Assembly (NCBI GenBank): GCA_029936315.1
Contig: JAPYTD010000022.1
Location: 5,526-59,933, forward strand
Reading direction: 5' to 3'
Source: Planctomycetota bacterium
Lineage (GTDB): Bacteria; Planctomycetota; UBA1135; UBA2386
DNA length: 54,408 nt
Shown here: piece after piece, positions 29,184 to 38,805 of the stretch
Layout of the letters: each line of letters starts with the position of its first letter
How positions within the stretch are numbered: the stretch's first letter is position 1
Program-made: the position numbers and the translations under genes
Notes under the pieces: model-generated
Database searches by the model: none
The model's input: the letters and a program-made list of their open reading frames with translations, nothing else
Told to the model about the DNA's origin: nothing

Positions 29184-30589
29184 CAGTTGATCTCCTCGAG
29201 GGTGGTGTGCGCGGCAGGAGTTTCGCGTGTCGTGCCAAAGAACTCCTCGTGCAGTCGCTGCAAGGCTGCGTCTTGTTCGATGCTGCGCACGACAAAGGAC
29301 AGGTTGCGGCTGTTGCCGCCGAAGCTGACCATGCGAGGCTTGATGGGGTGGAGGGCGCGGCAGGCGCGTTCGAGAACGCGTTCGGTGTGTTGCAGCCCGT
29401 CGCCGATCGCCGCGACGATCGCGCAGTCCGTCGTGATTTCAACGTGAGCGTGGCCGTCGAGCGCGGTGACCAAGCGTTCGATCGGAGCATCGGCTTCGAC
29501 GGTGCACGCAACCGAAACTTCGGCAGTCGTGACCAGGTCGATGGGGATGCCTAGTTCGCCGAACACTTCGAACAGTCGCGCCAGGTAGCCACTTGCATCG
29601 AGCATGCGGCGACTGGTCATCGTCAGCACGGTGATTGGGCCGCGTGATGCCAGCGCCGTGATGCCGCCGGCTGCGTCAGGCCCATGCTTGTCGATGCGCG
29701 TGGAGCCACCTGCGGGCTGCATCGTGTGGCGCACGGTGATCGGGATGCCCTTGTCGACAACTGGTCGAATCGTTGCCGGATGCAGAACGCGCGCTCCGAA
29801 CGCGGCCAGCTCGGCCGCTTCCTCGGGCGTCAGGTGGGCGATCGGTTGCGCGTTGGACACGGTGCGCGGATCGCAGGTGAGGATGCCTTCGACGTCGGTC
29901 CAGATCTGAAGTTCGTCACCGCCCAAGGCCGCGCACAACAGTGCCGCCGACCAATCGCTGCCGCCGCGGCCGAGTGTCGTGGTCGATCCGTCCGGCGCAC
30001 TGCCGATGTAGCCTTGCGTGACGACAATCACACCGTGGGCGAGATGCGGGCCGATATTCTGGTGGGTGCGTTGCAGGATCGGGCCCTTCTTGGGCTTGGC
30101 CTTGCCGTAGGAATTGTCGGTGAGGATCACGTCGCGTGCGTCGACGGCCATGACCTGCTTGCCCAGCTCCCGCAGGTGCTCGGTCAGCAGTAGAGTGGCA
30201 ATGCGTTCTCCGTGGGCGAGGAGCGCGTCCGCTACTTGCGCAGAACGGGCGGGATCCGCGGTTTGGTCGGCGTCGCGAACGAACGCGCGAACGAACAGAC
30301 TTGCATCACTATGCAGTTGCTTCAGGCCAGTTGTGGCCGCGCCCGCGTCTTGCAGCAATTCTGCTGCGGCTGCATTCGCCGCGGCAAAGATCGTGTCCAG
30401 CTTGGTGGTGGCTGGTTCCGCCTCGCCGCGTCCTGCCATCTCGGCCACGTCGACGAGTTGGTTGGTCGTGTCACCCATTGCGGACAACACAACGCACGGC
30501 GCCGGATCGCACTGTGCGACCAGGAGGGCAACCTTCTGGATGCGGGCGGCACTCGCGAGCGACGAGCCGCCGAACTTCATGACGATCAT
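29183..30589 (-). CDS. lysC: Aspartate kinase (lysine-sensitive type, two ACT domains)
   Basis: VMKFGGSS, TQGYIG, TTLGRGGSD, WTDVEG, GARVLHP. Confidence 0.95.
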   Translation of the reverse strand: MIVMKFGGSSLASAARIQKVALLVAQCDPAPCVVLSAMGDTTNQLVDVAEMAGRGEAEPATTKLDTIFAAANAAAAELLQDAGAATTGLKQLHSDASLFVRAFVRDADQTADPARSAQVADALLAHGERIATLLLTEHLRELGKQVMAVDARDVILTDNSYGKAKPKKGPILQRTHQNIGPHLAHGVIVVTQGYIGSAPDGSTTTLGRGGSDWSAALLCAALGGDELQIWTDVEGILTCDPRTVSNAQPIAHLTPEEAAELAAFGARVLHPATIRPVVDKGIPITVRHTMQPAGGSTRIDKHGPDAAGGITALASRGPITVLTMTSRRMLDASGYLARLFEVFGELGIPIDLVTTAEVSVACTVEADAPIERLVTALDGHAHVEITTDCAIVAAIGDGLQHTERVLERACRALHPIKPRMVSFGGNSRNLSFVVRSIEQDAALQRLHEEFFGTTRETPAAHTTLEEIN

Positions 30590-31650
30590 CCGGGGCTTCC
30601 TTCGAGCAGAGTCGTTGCCAGTGCCGTCAACATTCCGAAGCCTTGCTCCATGTCTGCGCCGGTGATGTGTTCATCGAGCGTGTGCGCGACCTTGATCGTG
30701 CCCGGACCACACAGCGCGACCTTCTTGCCGCCGATGAGTTGTCGCAGGCGTGGCGCGTCGCTGCCGAACGGCACGACCGCGTGTTCGAAGCCCGGAATGC
30801 GATCAAAGACTTCCGGTGGTGTGAACGAGATGAGATCGAGGCGTCCTTCTTCGGGTGCGAGTTGGCGTGCCCGCTCTTCGAAGGTCGAGTTGGGTAGCGA
30901 CCGCACGAACAGGCGCGCTTCGGCACTTGCCGGAATCACGTTGGGTGCCGTGCCGCCTTCGAGCTTGCCGAGGTTCCAGATCTCTGAGCCGAGGTCCGGG
31001 TCGACGTCGCTGTGCAATTCGCGCAGCCTCTGCACCCATTCAAGCATCGGCCAGATTGCCGAATGGCCGAGCTCTGGCAGGCCAGAGTGCGCGGCGACTC
31101 CCTTGGTCGACAGTTGCAGTTGCAGCGAACCTCGCTGGCCAGTCGCGAGTTTGTTCTCGGTGGGTTCACCGTTGATCACCGCGATGCACTTCGCGAGTTG
31201 TGGTGCCAGGTCGTCGGCAGCCGCGGCGCCGATACTATCCGTCTCTTCGCCGACGACGCCGAGCCACCCAAGGTCCGTGTGGCCGCGCGAGAGCAGTTCT
31301 TGGATCGTCGCGAGTTGCGTGACGATCTGGCCTTTGGCGTCACAAGTGCCACGACCCGACAACAAGTCGCCGGCACGGCGCGGCGGCAGAAACGGTGGCA
31401 CTGTGTCGAGGTGTGTCGAGAACAACAGCTTTGGCTCGCCCCAGGTCGCGAGCACGTTGTGCCGCTTGGGTGTGACTTGTTGCAGTTCGACTTTGGCGTC
31501 GAGTTCGGTCAGCAGGCTGCGCAGCAGCGGCAAGCCGTGGTCTTCGCGGCCGGTGGTGGTGTCGGCGCGACAAAGTGCTTCGGTGCGATCGAGAAGCCAG
31601 GCCCTGCGAGAAGAACTGCTGGGAGCGTTGGACGGTTGCGGTGCGGTCAT
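30586..31650 (-). CDS. M20-family metallohydrolase (ArgE/DapE-like)
   Basis: STHLDTVP, GRGTCDAKG, GEET, GEPT, AHS, AHTLDE; start placed at ATG 31650; first gene of the lysine operon. Confidence 0.85.
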   Translation of the reverse strand: MTAPQPSNAPSSSSRRAWLLDRTEALCRADTTTGREDHGLPLLRSLLTELDAKVELQQVTPKRHNVLATWGEPKLLFSTHLDTVPPFLPPRRAGDLLSGRGTCDAKGQIVTQLATIQELLSRGHTDLGWLGVVGEETDSIGAAAADDLAPQLAKCIAVINGEPTENKLATGQRGSLQLQLSTKGVAAHSGLPELGHSAIWPMLEWVQRLRELHSDVDPDLGSEIWNLGKLEGGTAPNVIPASAEARLFVRSLPNSTFEERARQLAPEEGRLDLISFTPPEVFDRIPGFEHAVVPFGSDAPRLRQLIGGKKVALCGPGTIKVAHTLDEHITGADMEQGFGMLTALATTLLEGSPG

Positions 31651-31720
31651 CGTGTTGGTGTCGGGCGTGCTGATGTCAGCGCCTTCGGACACCAAGGACC
31701 GATGTACGTCGCACATCAGC

Positions 31721-31897
31721 CTCTGGCTCTTCACATCACTCACAAGTGACGCGACAGCCACGAGGATATTCATCCTCGCAGCCAACAGCGACATGTTCGG
31801 TATGGCGCAGCTTCGGCGACCGTCGCCTTTTGCCAGTGCTCGTCGCGGGCTCCGAAGCCCTGACACTGGTTACTGATCGCGGCCGCTCCTCCAGCGG
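31721..31897 (-). ncRNA. Lysine riboswitch (L-box)
   Basis: Minus strand shows the ordered L-box elements ctggAGGAGC..ATCAGTA..AAAGG..GCCGAA..TTGG..gcgaggaTGAATAtcctcgt..GCTGTC..GAAGAGccag upstream of a lysine biosynthesis operon. Confidence 0.88.
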
Positions 31898-31904
31898 TGC
31901 GTGC

Positions 31905-31933
31905 AGGATGCTGGGGGAGATCCCCTACGTCAA
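31905..31933 (-). promoter_or_regulatory. Putative sigma-70 promoter of the riboswitch/dap operon
   Basis: TTGACG-17 nt-CATCCT, ending about 7 nt before the riboswitch 5' end. Confidence 0.55.
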
Positions 31934-31988
31934 TGGGGACCCTGGTTTGTTGCTAACAACCAATCAGTTTGCGCAGTCCAATGGCGTC

Positions 31989-32248
31989 ATGATGCGTTGG
32001 CTCGCCATTCCGATTTTCGCAGCTGCTGCCATTGGCCAGGGACCCGGCAGTCTTGCCGGCCGCGAGGTCGCGTCGTTCTCCGGTGGCTCGAAGCATGTGG
32101 CAGTTGCACCGGATGGCTCGGCGGTCGCCACCGTCGACCACAAACGCATGGTGGCCGTGATTCTGGATCCGGCAAAGGGCACCGTGAAGGAGTCTCCCCA
32201 CCAAGGTTCGGTCAGTTCGATTGCGCTGCTTGCGAATGGGCCGCTACT
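31989..32248 (+). pseudogene. 5' stub of a secreted WD40-like protein
   Basis: Signal peptide MMRWLAIPIFAAAAIGQ, blades VAVAPDGSAVATVD and HQGSVSSIAL; the frame then runs antisense into the DegT gene. Confidence 0.45.
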
Positions 32249-33370
32249 TCACGCATCCCTAACGAAGCGTGAGAGCGTGCCGACGACGTCGATCTGCTCC
32301 GCTTCGGTGAGCCCTTGGAAAATCGGCAGTGCCAGCGAACGCAGACTCGCTTCTTCCGCAACGGGGAAGTCCTTGCCGTCACACCCGAGGTAGGCAAAGC
32401 ACGGCTGTCGATGGAACGGCACCGGGTAGTAGACTGCGCAGCCAATGCCTTGCTGGCGCAGGTGGGCAATCGCATTGTCGCGCTCGTCCTTCGGGACATG
32501 CAGCACGAACTGGTGGTAGGCGTGACGATCCATATCGACGGGTAGCTCGGCCCACTCGAGCAGGTTGGCTTTGGCGAACAGTTCCCGATACTTCGCGGCG
32601 TTCTGCCGGCGGGTCTCGGTGACGGCTTCCATCGAATGCAGCTTCACCCGCAAGGCCGCGGCTTGCAGCGCATCCATGCGGAAGTTGCCGCCGATCATGT
32701 GGTGCAGGTACTGCTCCGCCATGCCGTGGTTGCGCATCAACCGGCACTTTTCGAAGAAGTCGGAGTCGTTGGTGGTCAAGAAGCCACCGTCGCCGATGCC
32801 GCCGAAGTTCTTGGTCGGGAAGGTCGACCAGCCAGCGCACAAGCCGTAGCCGCCGAGCATGCGACCCTGATACTTCGTGCCAATCGCCTGCGCCGCGTCT
32901 TCGATCAGAGGCACCGAGTGCGCGTTGCAGATCTTGAGGACCTCGTCGACGTCGAACGCCGAGCCAAACAGGTGCACGCCGATGACGGCCTTCGGTCGCT
33001 TGCACTTCTTCAGTGCCTCGTCGAGCCGCTGTGGGTCGATGTTCTTGAAGGTTGGCTCCGAGTCAACGAACACGGGCGTGGCGCCGAGTCGCGCGACCAC
33101 GCCTGCGGTCGCAAAGAACGAGTAGTTCGGCAGCACGACTTCGTCGCCATGCGTGATGCCCAATGCCATCAGAGGCAAGAGCAAGGCATCGGTGCCGGAC
33201 GACAGACTTAGCGCGTGCTTGCAGCCTAGGTATTGCGTCAGTTCGGATTCGAAGTTCTCGACCTCTGGTCCCAGGATGTAGCCGCCACTGCGGACGACAC
33301 GCACGACGGCGGCTTCGATTTCGGCGAGTTGCGCTTGGTTGCGCGTGAGATCAATCAGTGGGACGGGCAT
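32249..33370 (-). CDS. DegT/DnrJ/EryC1/StrS PLP-dependent sugar aminotransferase
   Basis: SSGTDAL, VHLFG, IEDAAQAIG, STFPTKNFGGIGDGG, GGNFRMDALQAA. Confidence 0.95.
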   Translation of the reverse strand: MPVPLIDLTRNQAQLAEIEAAVVRVVRSGGYILGPEVENFESELTQYLGCKHALSLSSGTDALLLPLMALGITHGDEVVLPNYSFFATAGVVARLGATPVFVDSEPTFKNIDPQRLDEALKKCKRPKAVIGVHLFGSAFDVDEVLKICNAHSVPLIEDAAQAIGTKYQGRMLGGYGLCAGWSTFPTKNFGGIGDGGFLTTNDSDFFEKCRLMRNHGMAEQYLHHMIGGNFRMDALQAAALRVKLHSMEAVTETRRQNAAKYRELFAKANLLEWAELPVDMDRHAYHQFVLHVPKDERDNAIAHLRQQGIGCAVYYPVPFHRQPCFAYLGCDGKDFPVAEEASLRSLALPIFQGLTEAEQIDVVGTLSRFVRDA

Positions 33371-33543
33371 GAGGCGAATCAGATGGGCCTGTCACGCTAC
33401 CCGGTTCCAACATCGAGGCGCTTCAAGGAACACGCTTCAAACAGCTTTGGACCCCGTACTGCAAGACCCATTCGTGCGCTCGCTGCGCCCGCGGAGCGGG
33501 TTTGCGGGTGGTTTGGGAGCCTGGGGCCGTTCTCGTGGTAGCG

Positions 33544-36500
33544 CTAATTGGCGTGCAGCGTGCCCGGACGCCACCGGTCGGCCAGCGAATCGATCGGGTC
33601 GCAGAGCAAGTCAACGACCCGCATCGTGGCCATCAGGTCTTCATCGAAGGTCGGCTCGGTTTCGGTTACGGCGTCGGCAAGCGATTGGTAGCGGTTGCGA
33701 TAGCCGCCGAGCACCGAGCGCAGGGCCTGGGCGTCGAGGTGATCTTGGAAGCGAACGTGCAACAAGGTCAGGCCGACCGTCTGGTTGTTGTGCACTTCGG
33801 GAATGATGACGACGGTGCGGTCGTCATTGCGCCCCTTGGCGACCGTCAGCAAACGCTCGGTCGCGACCAGGTGCTTGGTGCCCCGCAGGACCGAGTTCTC
33901 CTCGGTGCGCGAACGCAGGTCCTTGGCAATGCCGCGGCGGTCGATGACCTGAGCAGTGTCGTTGCCCTCTTCGGTCGGATCCATCTCGATGCGGTAGCGC
34001 GTGCTGCCGAGCACTTCGACCACGGCGGGATCGAGGCTGGCGAGGGCACGCAGGTCGCGGTAACCGACGTGATCGCGGACCGCGCCAGCTGCGAGTGCTT
34101 CGCGCACGAACGGTGCGGTCAGCAGTGCTTCGTCGGTTCGCGAAATGCCGACCGTGACCGTCTTGGCCTGGTGCTTGATCGCATCAACCGGCCGCGTCAG
34201 TTCGTCGATCGCCTTGGTTAGTTCTTCGGTCAACCGGTCGACGACCACGCCGGGTGTGCCGGGTTCGCTAAACTCCACGGCGAACACATCGAGCGGGGCA
34301 AGCTTCAGCGCGTAGTTGCACAAGGACGTCAATCGTGAGGCAGTGCGCGCTTCGAGGGTGCCGTCGTAGCGGCCGAGCAGTAGGTCCTTGCGGAACGCGA
34401 TCCAGTGCGGTTGTAGGCGCGGTGCCAGTGTTTCGAGCACGCGGGTTGGCGTATCATCCTTAAACGTCTCCTCAACAGCACCACGCATCAGGCGAAGTGG
34501 TCGAGCGAGCTCATCGATGGCCAGTGCCGCGCGGTAGCCAAACAGGTGGCCGCCCATCGTTGACAAGATGTAGGCCAATGCTGGATGGCATGCAGGCACT
34601 TCGATGATGCCGTCGGCGGCGTCAAAGCGCGTTTCGCCGGCTGTTGCAATCACGATGGGCGAAGCCTTGTGGGCCTTGTAGATCGCGATTTCCTTGCCGA
34701 CGTCGTCGGCGGTCGAGCCGGTTAAGCCAGCCGCGCAGCACAAGATCATCGGTTCGCATGACAAGTCTATGTGCTTCTTGTCCTCGGTCGCATCGCACGC
34801 GATCGACTTGTAGCAGAGCTCGGACAGCTTGATCCGGACCTCGGCGGCGGCGACCCGGTTTTTGCCGTTGCCGACGAGCGCCCAGTAGCGGCGTTGCGGC
34901 GCAAGCGAGCGTGCGATTGCGGTGATGTTGGCGTCTTGCTGCAGAACGGTGCGCATCGCATTTGGCAGGTCGACGAGCGCCGTCAGCAGTTCGTGTTCGT
35001 GCTGGTCGTTGCTACAACCGGAGGCGCGTGCGATAGCCATCGCGAGCAGTTGGCCGGCGGCGCATTGCGCGTAGAACGCCTTGGTGCTCGCGACACTCAT
35101 CTCGACGTCCCGGCCATCACTAGTGTAGATGACGCCGTTGGCCTTGTCGGTGAGGTCACTGCCGCGACGATTGACGATCGCCACGACTGTGCAGCCGCGG
35201 CCGCGAACGAGGTCTACCGTGCGGTTGGTGTCTGTGGTGGTGCCGGATTGCGAAATGGCGACGATCAGCGTGTCGCTCATGTCGTCGCCGAGGCCAAAGC
35301 CCGACAACTCCGTCGCTGGCGTTGCCTGCACGGCGATCTTCGAACCGGCGACGGCGTCGGCGATGGCGCCTGCGATTGCCTGGCCAGCAACGGCTGCAGT
35401 GCCTTGGCCGATGACGAGAATGCGTCGGGTCTTGCCCTGTTGCAGCGACTCGACGGCCTGCTTGGGCAGCGAGCTCTCGGGCAGCGCGACCTCAAGCCGA
35501 GGGCTGCCCTGCGAGTCGGTCTTTTGCACAATGCGCCCACGTAGCGTCTTCTGCAGCGAGTTCGGCGATTCGCCGATCTCTTTCAGCAAGTAGTGCGGGT
35601 AGTCACCGCGATCGATGTCCCTGGTCGTGATTGACGCTGTGGTGAGATCATCCTCGGTAACCGGCAGTTCGGTTGCGTCGTAGGCGATACGCGTGATCCC
35701 GGCCACTTCGCCGGCACCGTCACGATCGAGCACCACGACTTGACCGCGCGATGCAGCGGGGTTGTTGGGGTTGCCGGGGGTCTCGCCATCCATGCGCAGG
35801 TAGCGATCGCAATCCTCGATGACGCCGTACGGCTCGCTGGCAATGACGTAGGTGTCGCGTGCGAGTCCGATGTAGAGCGCCTGGCCCGAGCCACGCAATG
35901 CGAGTGCGAGCTTGCTGGGTTCTTTCGTCGAAGCCGCGCCGATGGCAACCGAGCCTTCGAAGGAACTAACCGTGCGGCGGAACCCGCTGATCAGGTCGTG
36001 ACCGTTCGCCATCTGCTTGGAGACGAGCGCCGGGATAACCTTGGCGTCGGTGGTGATCGCATCGTGCAACTCAAGATCGTGCTGTTGCACGAGATCGTGG
36101 TAGTTGTCGACGTCACCATTGAGCGCGCCAATGACATAGGGGCCACTTTCACCGGAGGTCTCTTCGCTGTTGAGCGGGTGTGCATTGGGTTGGCTGATGA
36201 TGCCGACACTCGCCCAGCGCGTGTGGCCGAGCACCAGGCTCTGCACGTCCGGTTGCCGGAACGCAGCTTGCAGCAGTTCGTCGTTGATGATGGTCTGACG
36301 CAGCGCGCGCACGTTGTCACCCAGCTCGCCGATTTCGGCGGCGTGCTTGTAGACGAAATTGAGGTTGTCGTTGGCGAGGCGAACTGAAGCGTTGCCAAAC
36401 AACGTGTCCCCGGTGTGGTCGCCAGCGCGGCCGGCCAGGAGCTTGCTGAGCGGGTCGGTCGCGATGTCGGAGACGATCACCGAGATGCCGGCGGAGTCAC

Positions 36501-37017
36501 GGCCCCGAACTTCGAGGCGATCAAGTGCCGACAAGGCCAACTGCAGCGAGGAGAACGCCGCGGCGGAATTTTGGTGCGGTACCTTGCCGCCGGCGATTTC
36601 GATCACCTGCTTGGCGTGCGGGACGCGATCGCGAGCCACGGCCCATAGTGCATCCTTCAGGCGCACCATGGTCTGGTTGCGCTGTTCGATATCGCGGTCG
36701 CTGATATCGCCGTCGTCGTTGCTGGCAACATCCGCATCGAAGCTCTTCTCGACGGACGCGAGCTGCGCCTGCATCTGGCCGCTGCGTTGCTCGAGGTCCG
36801 TTAGCAGTTGGCCGTTTTCGATCAGGGTCCACAATCCCGGGACACCGCGCAGCTGGCTATCGAGTTCTGCCAGAGCCTTGGTGGCCCCACCGAGGTGCTG
36901 GGTCGTCGGCGCACCGGCGAGATTGCTCTCGGCCTCGGCTAGCAACGCTAGGAGGGCTTCGGGAGCGGGTGGATGTTGCCGGCTGGTCCGGCGGAGCACG
37001 GCGATGATGCCACACAT
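33544..37017 (-). CDS. glmS: Expanded glutamine-fructose-6-phosphate transaminase (GlmS-like, 1157 aa)
   Basis: MCGI N-terminal nucleophile, RLEVRGRDSAG, GHTRWAS, NAHP, ISQSGTTTDT, VASTKAF, IKLSE, KH, AKTVTVG. Confidence 0.85.
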   Translation of the reverse strand: MCGIIAVLRRTSRQHPPAPEALLALLAEAESNLAGAPTTQHLGGATKALAELDSQLRGVPGLWTLIENGQLLTDLEQRSGQMQAQLASVEKSFDADVASNDDGDISDRDIEQRNQTMVRLKDALWAVARDRVPHAKQVIEIAGGKVPHQNSAAAFSSLQLALSALDRLEVRGRDSAGISVIVSDIATDPLSKLLAGRAGDHTGDTLFGNASVRLANDNLNFVYKHAAEIGELGDNVRALRQTIINDELLQAAFRQPDVQSLVLGHTRWASVGIISQPNAHPLNSEETSGESGPYVIGALNGDVDNYHDLVQQHDLELHDAITTDAKVIPALVSKQMANGHDLISGFRRTVSSFEGSVAIGAASTKEPSKLALALRGSGQALYIGLARDTYVIASEPYGVIEDCDRYLRMDGETPGNPNNPAASRGQVVVLDRDGAGEVAGITRIAYDATELPVTEDDLTTASITTRDIDRGDYPHYLLKEIGESPNSLQKTLRGRIVQKTDSQGSPRLEVALPESSLPKQAVESLQQGKTRRILVIGQGTAAVAGQAIAGAIADAVAGSKIAVQATPATELSGFGLGDDMSDTLIVAISQSGTTTDTNRTVDLVRGRGCTVVAIVNRRGSDLTDKANGVIYTSDGRDVEMSVASTKAFYAQCAAGQLLAMAIARASGCSNDQHEHELLTALVDLPNAMRTVLQQDANITAIARSLAPQRRYWALVGNGKNRVAAAEVRIKLSELCYKSIACDATEDKKHIDLSCEPMILCCAAGLTGSTADDVGKEIAIYKAHKASPIVIATAGETRFDAADGIIEVPACHPALAYILSTMGGHLFGYRAALAIDELARPLRLMRGAVEETFKDDTPTRVLETLAPRLQPHWIAFRKDLLLGRYDGTLEARTASRLTSLCNYALKLAPLDVFAVEFSEPGTPGVVVDRLTEELTKAIDELTRPVDAIKHQAKTVTVGISRTDEALLTAPFVREALAAGAVRDHVGYRDLRALASLDPAVVEVLGSTRYRIEMDPTEEGNDTAQVIDRRGIAKDLRSRTEENSVLRGTKHLVATERLLTVAKGRNDDRTVVIIPEVHNNQTVGLTLLHVRFQDHLDAQALRSVLGGYRNRYQSLADAVTETEPTFDEDLMATMRVVDLLCDPIDSLADRWRPGTLHAN

Positions 37018-37055
37018 AGTTAGACTGTTTTCCTGGAGCTCGGTCGCGAGGTGGG

Positions 37056-38279
37056 CTAGCGCCCTTCAAATTGGCTGAAGCCGCGTCGCAAGTTGGCCGA
37101 AAGCTCGGTCTCATTAGCCTCTTCGAGCGTGAGTGCGAGTCGCTTGAGCCACTCTGAAGCTGCGCTAGGGAGACTCCCGGGAGCCACATCGATGCGCGTC
37201 TTGGGGTCGACGAGCACCACTTGCATCTTGTCGCAAACGACTACACCCACGTTCTTCTCGAGTGCGAGCACTGTTCGTTGTTGCAACAGTTCTTGCCATT
37301 GCCCGGTCGGCAGCTTGGCAGTGCGGGCGCCATCGATGCCGAACTTCAAGGTGCCATCGGCCTGCCACTGAACGAACTGGTCGCCATACTTGCACGACGC
37401 GATTGCGAAGCCGCCGATGACCACAGACCCTTGATCCACAGACTCCTGATCCACCTTGGCCTTCGGCTCGGTCAGTTCTTGGCCCGACTTCCTCTTGGCG
37501 GCTGCGAGGATTGCGGCGATCGACTTGCCGTAGTCACCACCGACCAACTCTGGGAAGTCCGCGCCAAGCCAGACATTTAGCGCCTTGCTCGATTCGAGGC
37601 CCAGTCGCGCTCCCCACGGAATCCCGAGGAACGTGCGTTGGTCGGCGAGCGCGTCGATCAGCGGTTGCAGTGGCGGCGTCCGGCCTTGCTCGAGCAGCAG
37701 GCGGGTCAGGCGAACGCGCGCCCGCGGGTCGGCCTCGGCCAGCGCGAAGACCTTGTCTGCGCCCGTTCCTTCAGCGTTGATGATGGCGAGGCCGAGGCGC
37801 GCGTTGGTACGCATCTTCCACGCGGGGTCATCGCGGTACTTGTCAAACAACAACGTTTGCTTCGCTGTCGCGACGTTGTCGCCGGCGGTTGCCTTCGAGC
37901 CATCCTGCGCTCGCAGGGCCAGGCCGCGTAACGCACTCGACCGCCAGTAGAAGTCCAGGTCCTCGGCCCACGCCTGCAGCAATACGACGGTCTCGGGGCT
38001 GGTCGTCTTGCTATTGGCAATGAGATCTACCAACGAAATCGGCACCGCGTTGCGGCCCTTCTTATGGGAGTACGCCTTGATCGCCGGCACCGCCGCCGCC
38101 CCGGCTGTGGCGACGCGCCTTGCCGCCGCGAGACGAGTGCCATAGCGGCGCGCTTCGCACGCATTCTTGACGTGCTTCTGCCACTGATCAGGATCTTGCT
38201 CGCCATCGGGCCAGAACGCGAGAACGGGAGCGGCGACAACTGCGAAGAGCAGCAGCAGCATCGATGTGTTTGCCTTCAA
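37056..38279 (-). CDS. Secreted HEAT-like repeat protein
   Basis: Signal peptide; WRSSALRGLA and DPAWKMRTNARLGL helical repeats. Confidence 0.65.
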   Translation of the reverse strand: MKANTSMLLLLFAVVAAPVLAFWPDGEQDPDQWQKHVKNACEARRYGTRLAAARRVATAGAAAVPAIKAYSHKKGRNAVPISLVDLIANSKTTSPETVVLLQAWAEDLDFYWRSSALRGLALRAQDGSKATAGDNVATAKQTLLFDKYRDDPAWKMRTNARLGLAIINAEGTGADKVFALAEADPRARVRLTRLLLEQGRTPPLQPLIDALADQRTFLGIPWGARLGLESSKALNVWLGADFPELVGGDYGKSIAAILAAAKRKSGQELTEPKAKVDQESVDQGSVVIGGFAIASCKYGDQFVQWQADGTLKFGIDGARTAKLPTGQWQELLQQRTVLALEKNVGVVVCDKMQVVLVDPKTRIDVAPGSLPSAASEWLKRLALTLEEANETELSANLRRGFSQFEGR

Positions 38280-38294
38280 TGGTCGAATCGTCTG

Positions 38295-38714
38295 CTAGTT
38301 GGCTGTGACCGTGTCCGAGTCCATCGCGTAGACGAGGATGACGTCGCCGTCCTCCTTTTCTTCGCCGACGTACAGCTTGCCGGTCACCGTGACGACACCC
38401 GTCAGGATGTCCATGGTGACGTCTTCAGGCAGCGTGCAAAACACGATCTCGTTCATCATCGGCGTGCCGTTGCAACCGCACGCGTCGTTGATCAGCATGA
38501 ACGAGTTGACCGGACCGCTGCCGGCGAACTCGCGTCGCATGAAACCACGGATCTCAACGACCTTCTCGTCGAGATCGGTGACCTCCTTCGGCAGCGTCAT
38601 TCCCTCTTCGTACGTGTAGCCAGCCAGCACGGGGAAGCCGATGGGCTCCGGATCGGTGCAGGCTGGCCCGCCAATGGCGGACAGCAAGAACAGGGTGAAT
38701 GAGGCACGCAACAT
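38295..38714 (-). CDS. DUF3299-like exported protein
   Basis: LDEKVVEIRGFM, FMLINDACGCNGTP..NE, VTVTGKL OB-fold-like pattern; start placed at ATG 38714. Confidence 0.65.
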   Translation of the reverse strand: MLRASFTLFLLSAIGGPACTDPEPIGFPVLAGYTYEEGMTLPKEVTDLDEKVVEIRGFMRREFAGSGPVNSFMLINDACGCNGTPMMNEIVFCTLPEDVTMDILTGVVTVTGKLYVGEEKEDGDVILVYAMDSDTVTAN

Positions 38715-38805
38715 GGTCAATCTTCGGGCCACACAGCCTACCAAAGCTGTGTGGCCATCGGGGATCCTTATGTCATCGGCAGGCGGACGGCGGATACTGC
38801 GATGC

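Noticed and set aside
30212-31876. 554-aa plus-strand ORF and similar long antisense ORFs (3827..4876, 13839..14759, 42255..43028)
   Set aside because: Shadows of well-supported genes on the opposite strand, Ser/Arg-rich and without motifs.
37018-37055. glmS ribozyme
   Set aside because: The spacer is only 38 bp, too short, and lacks the core motif.
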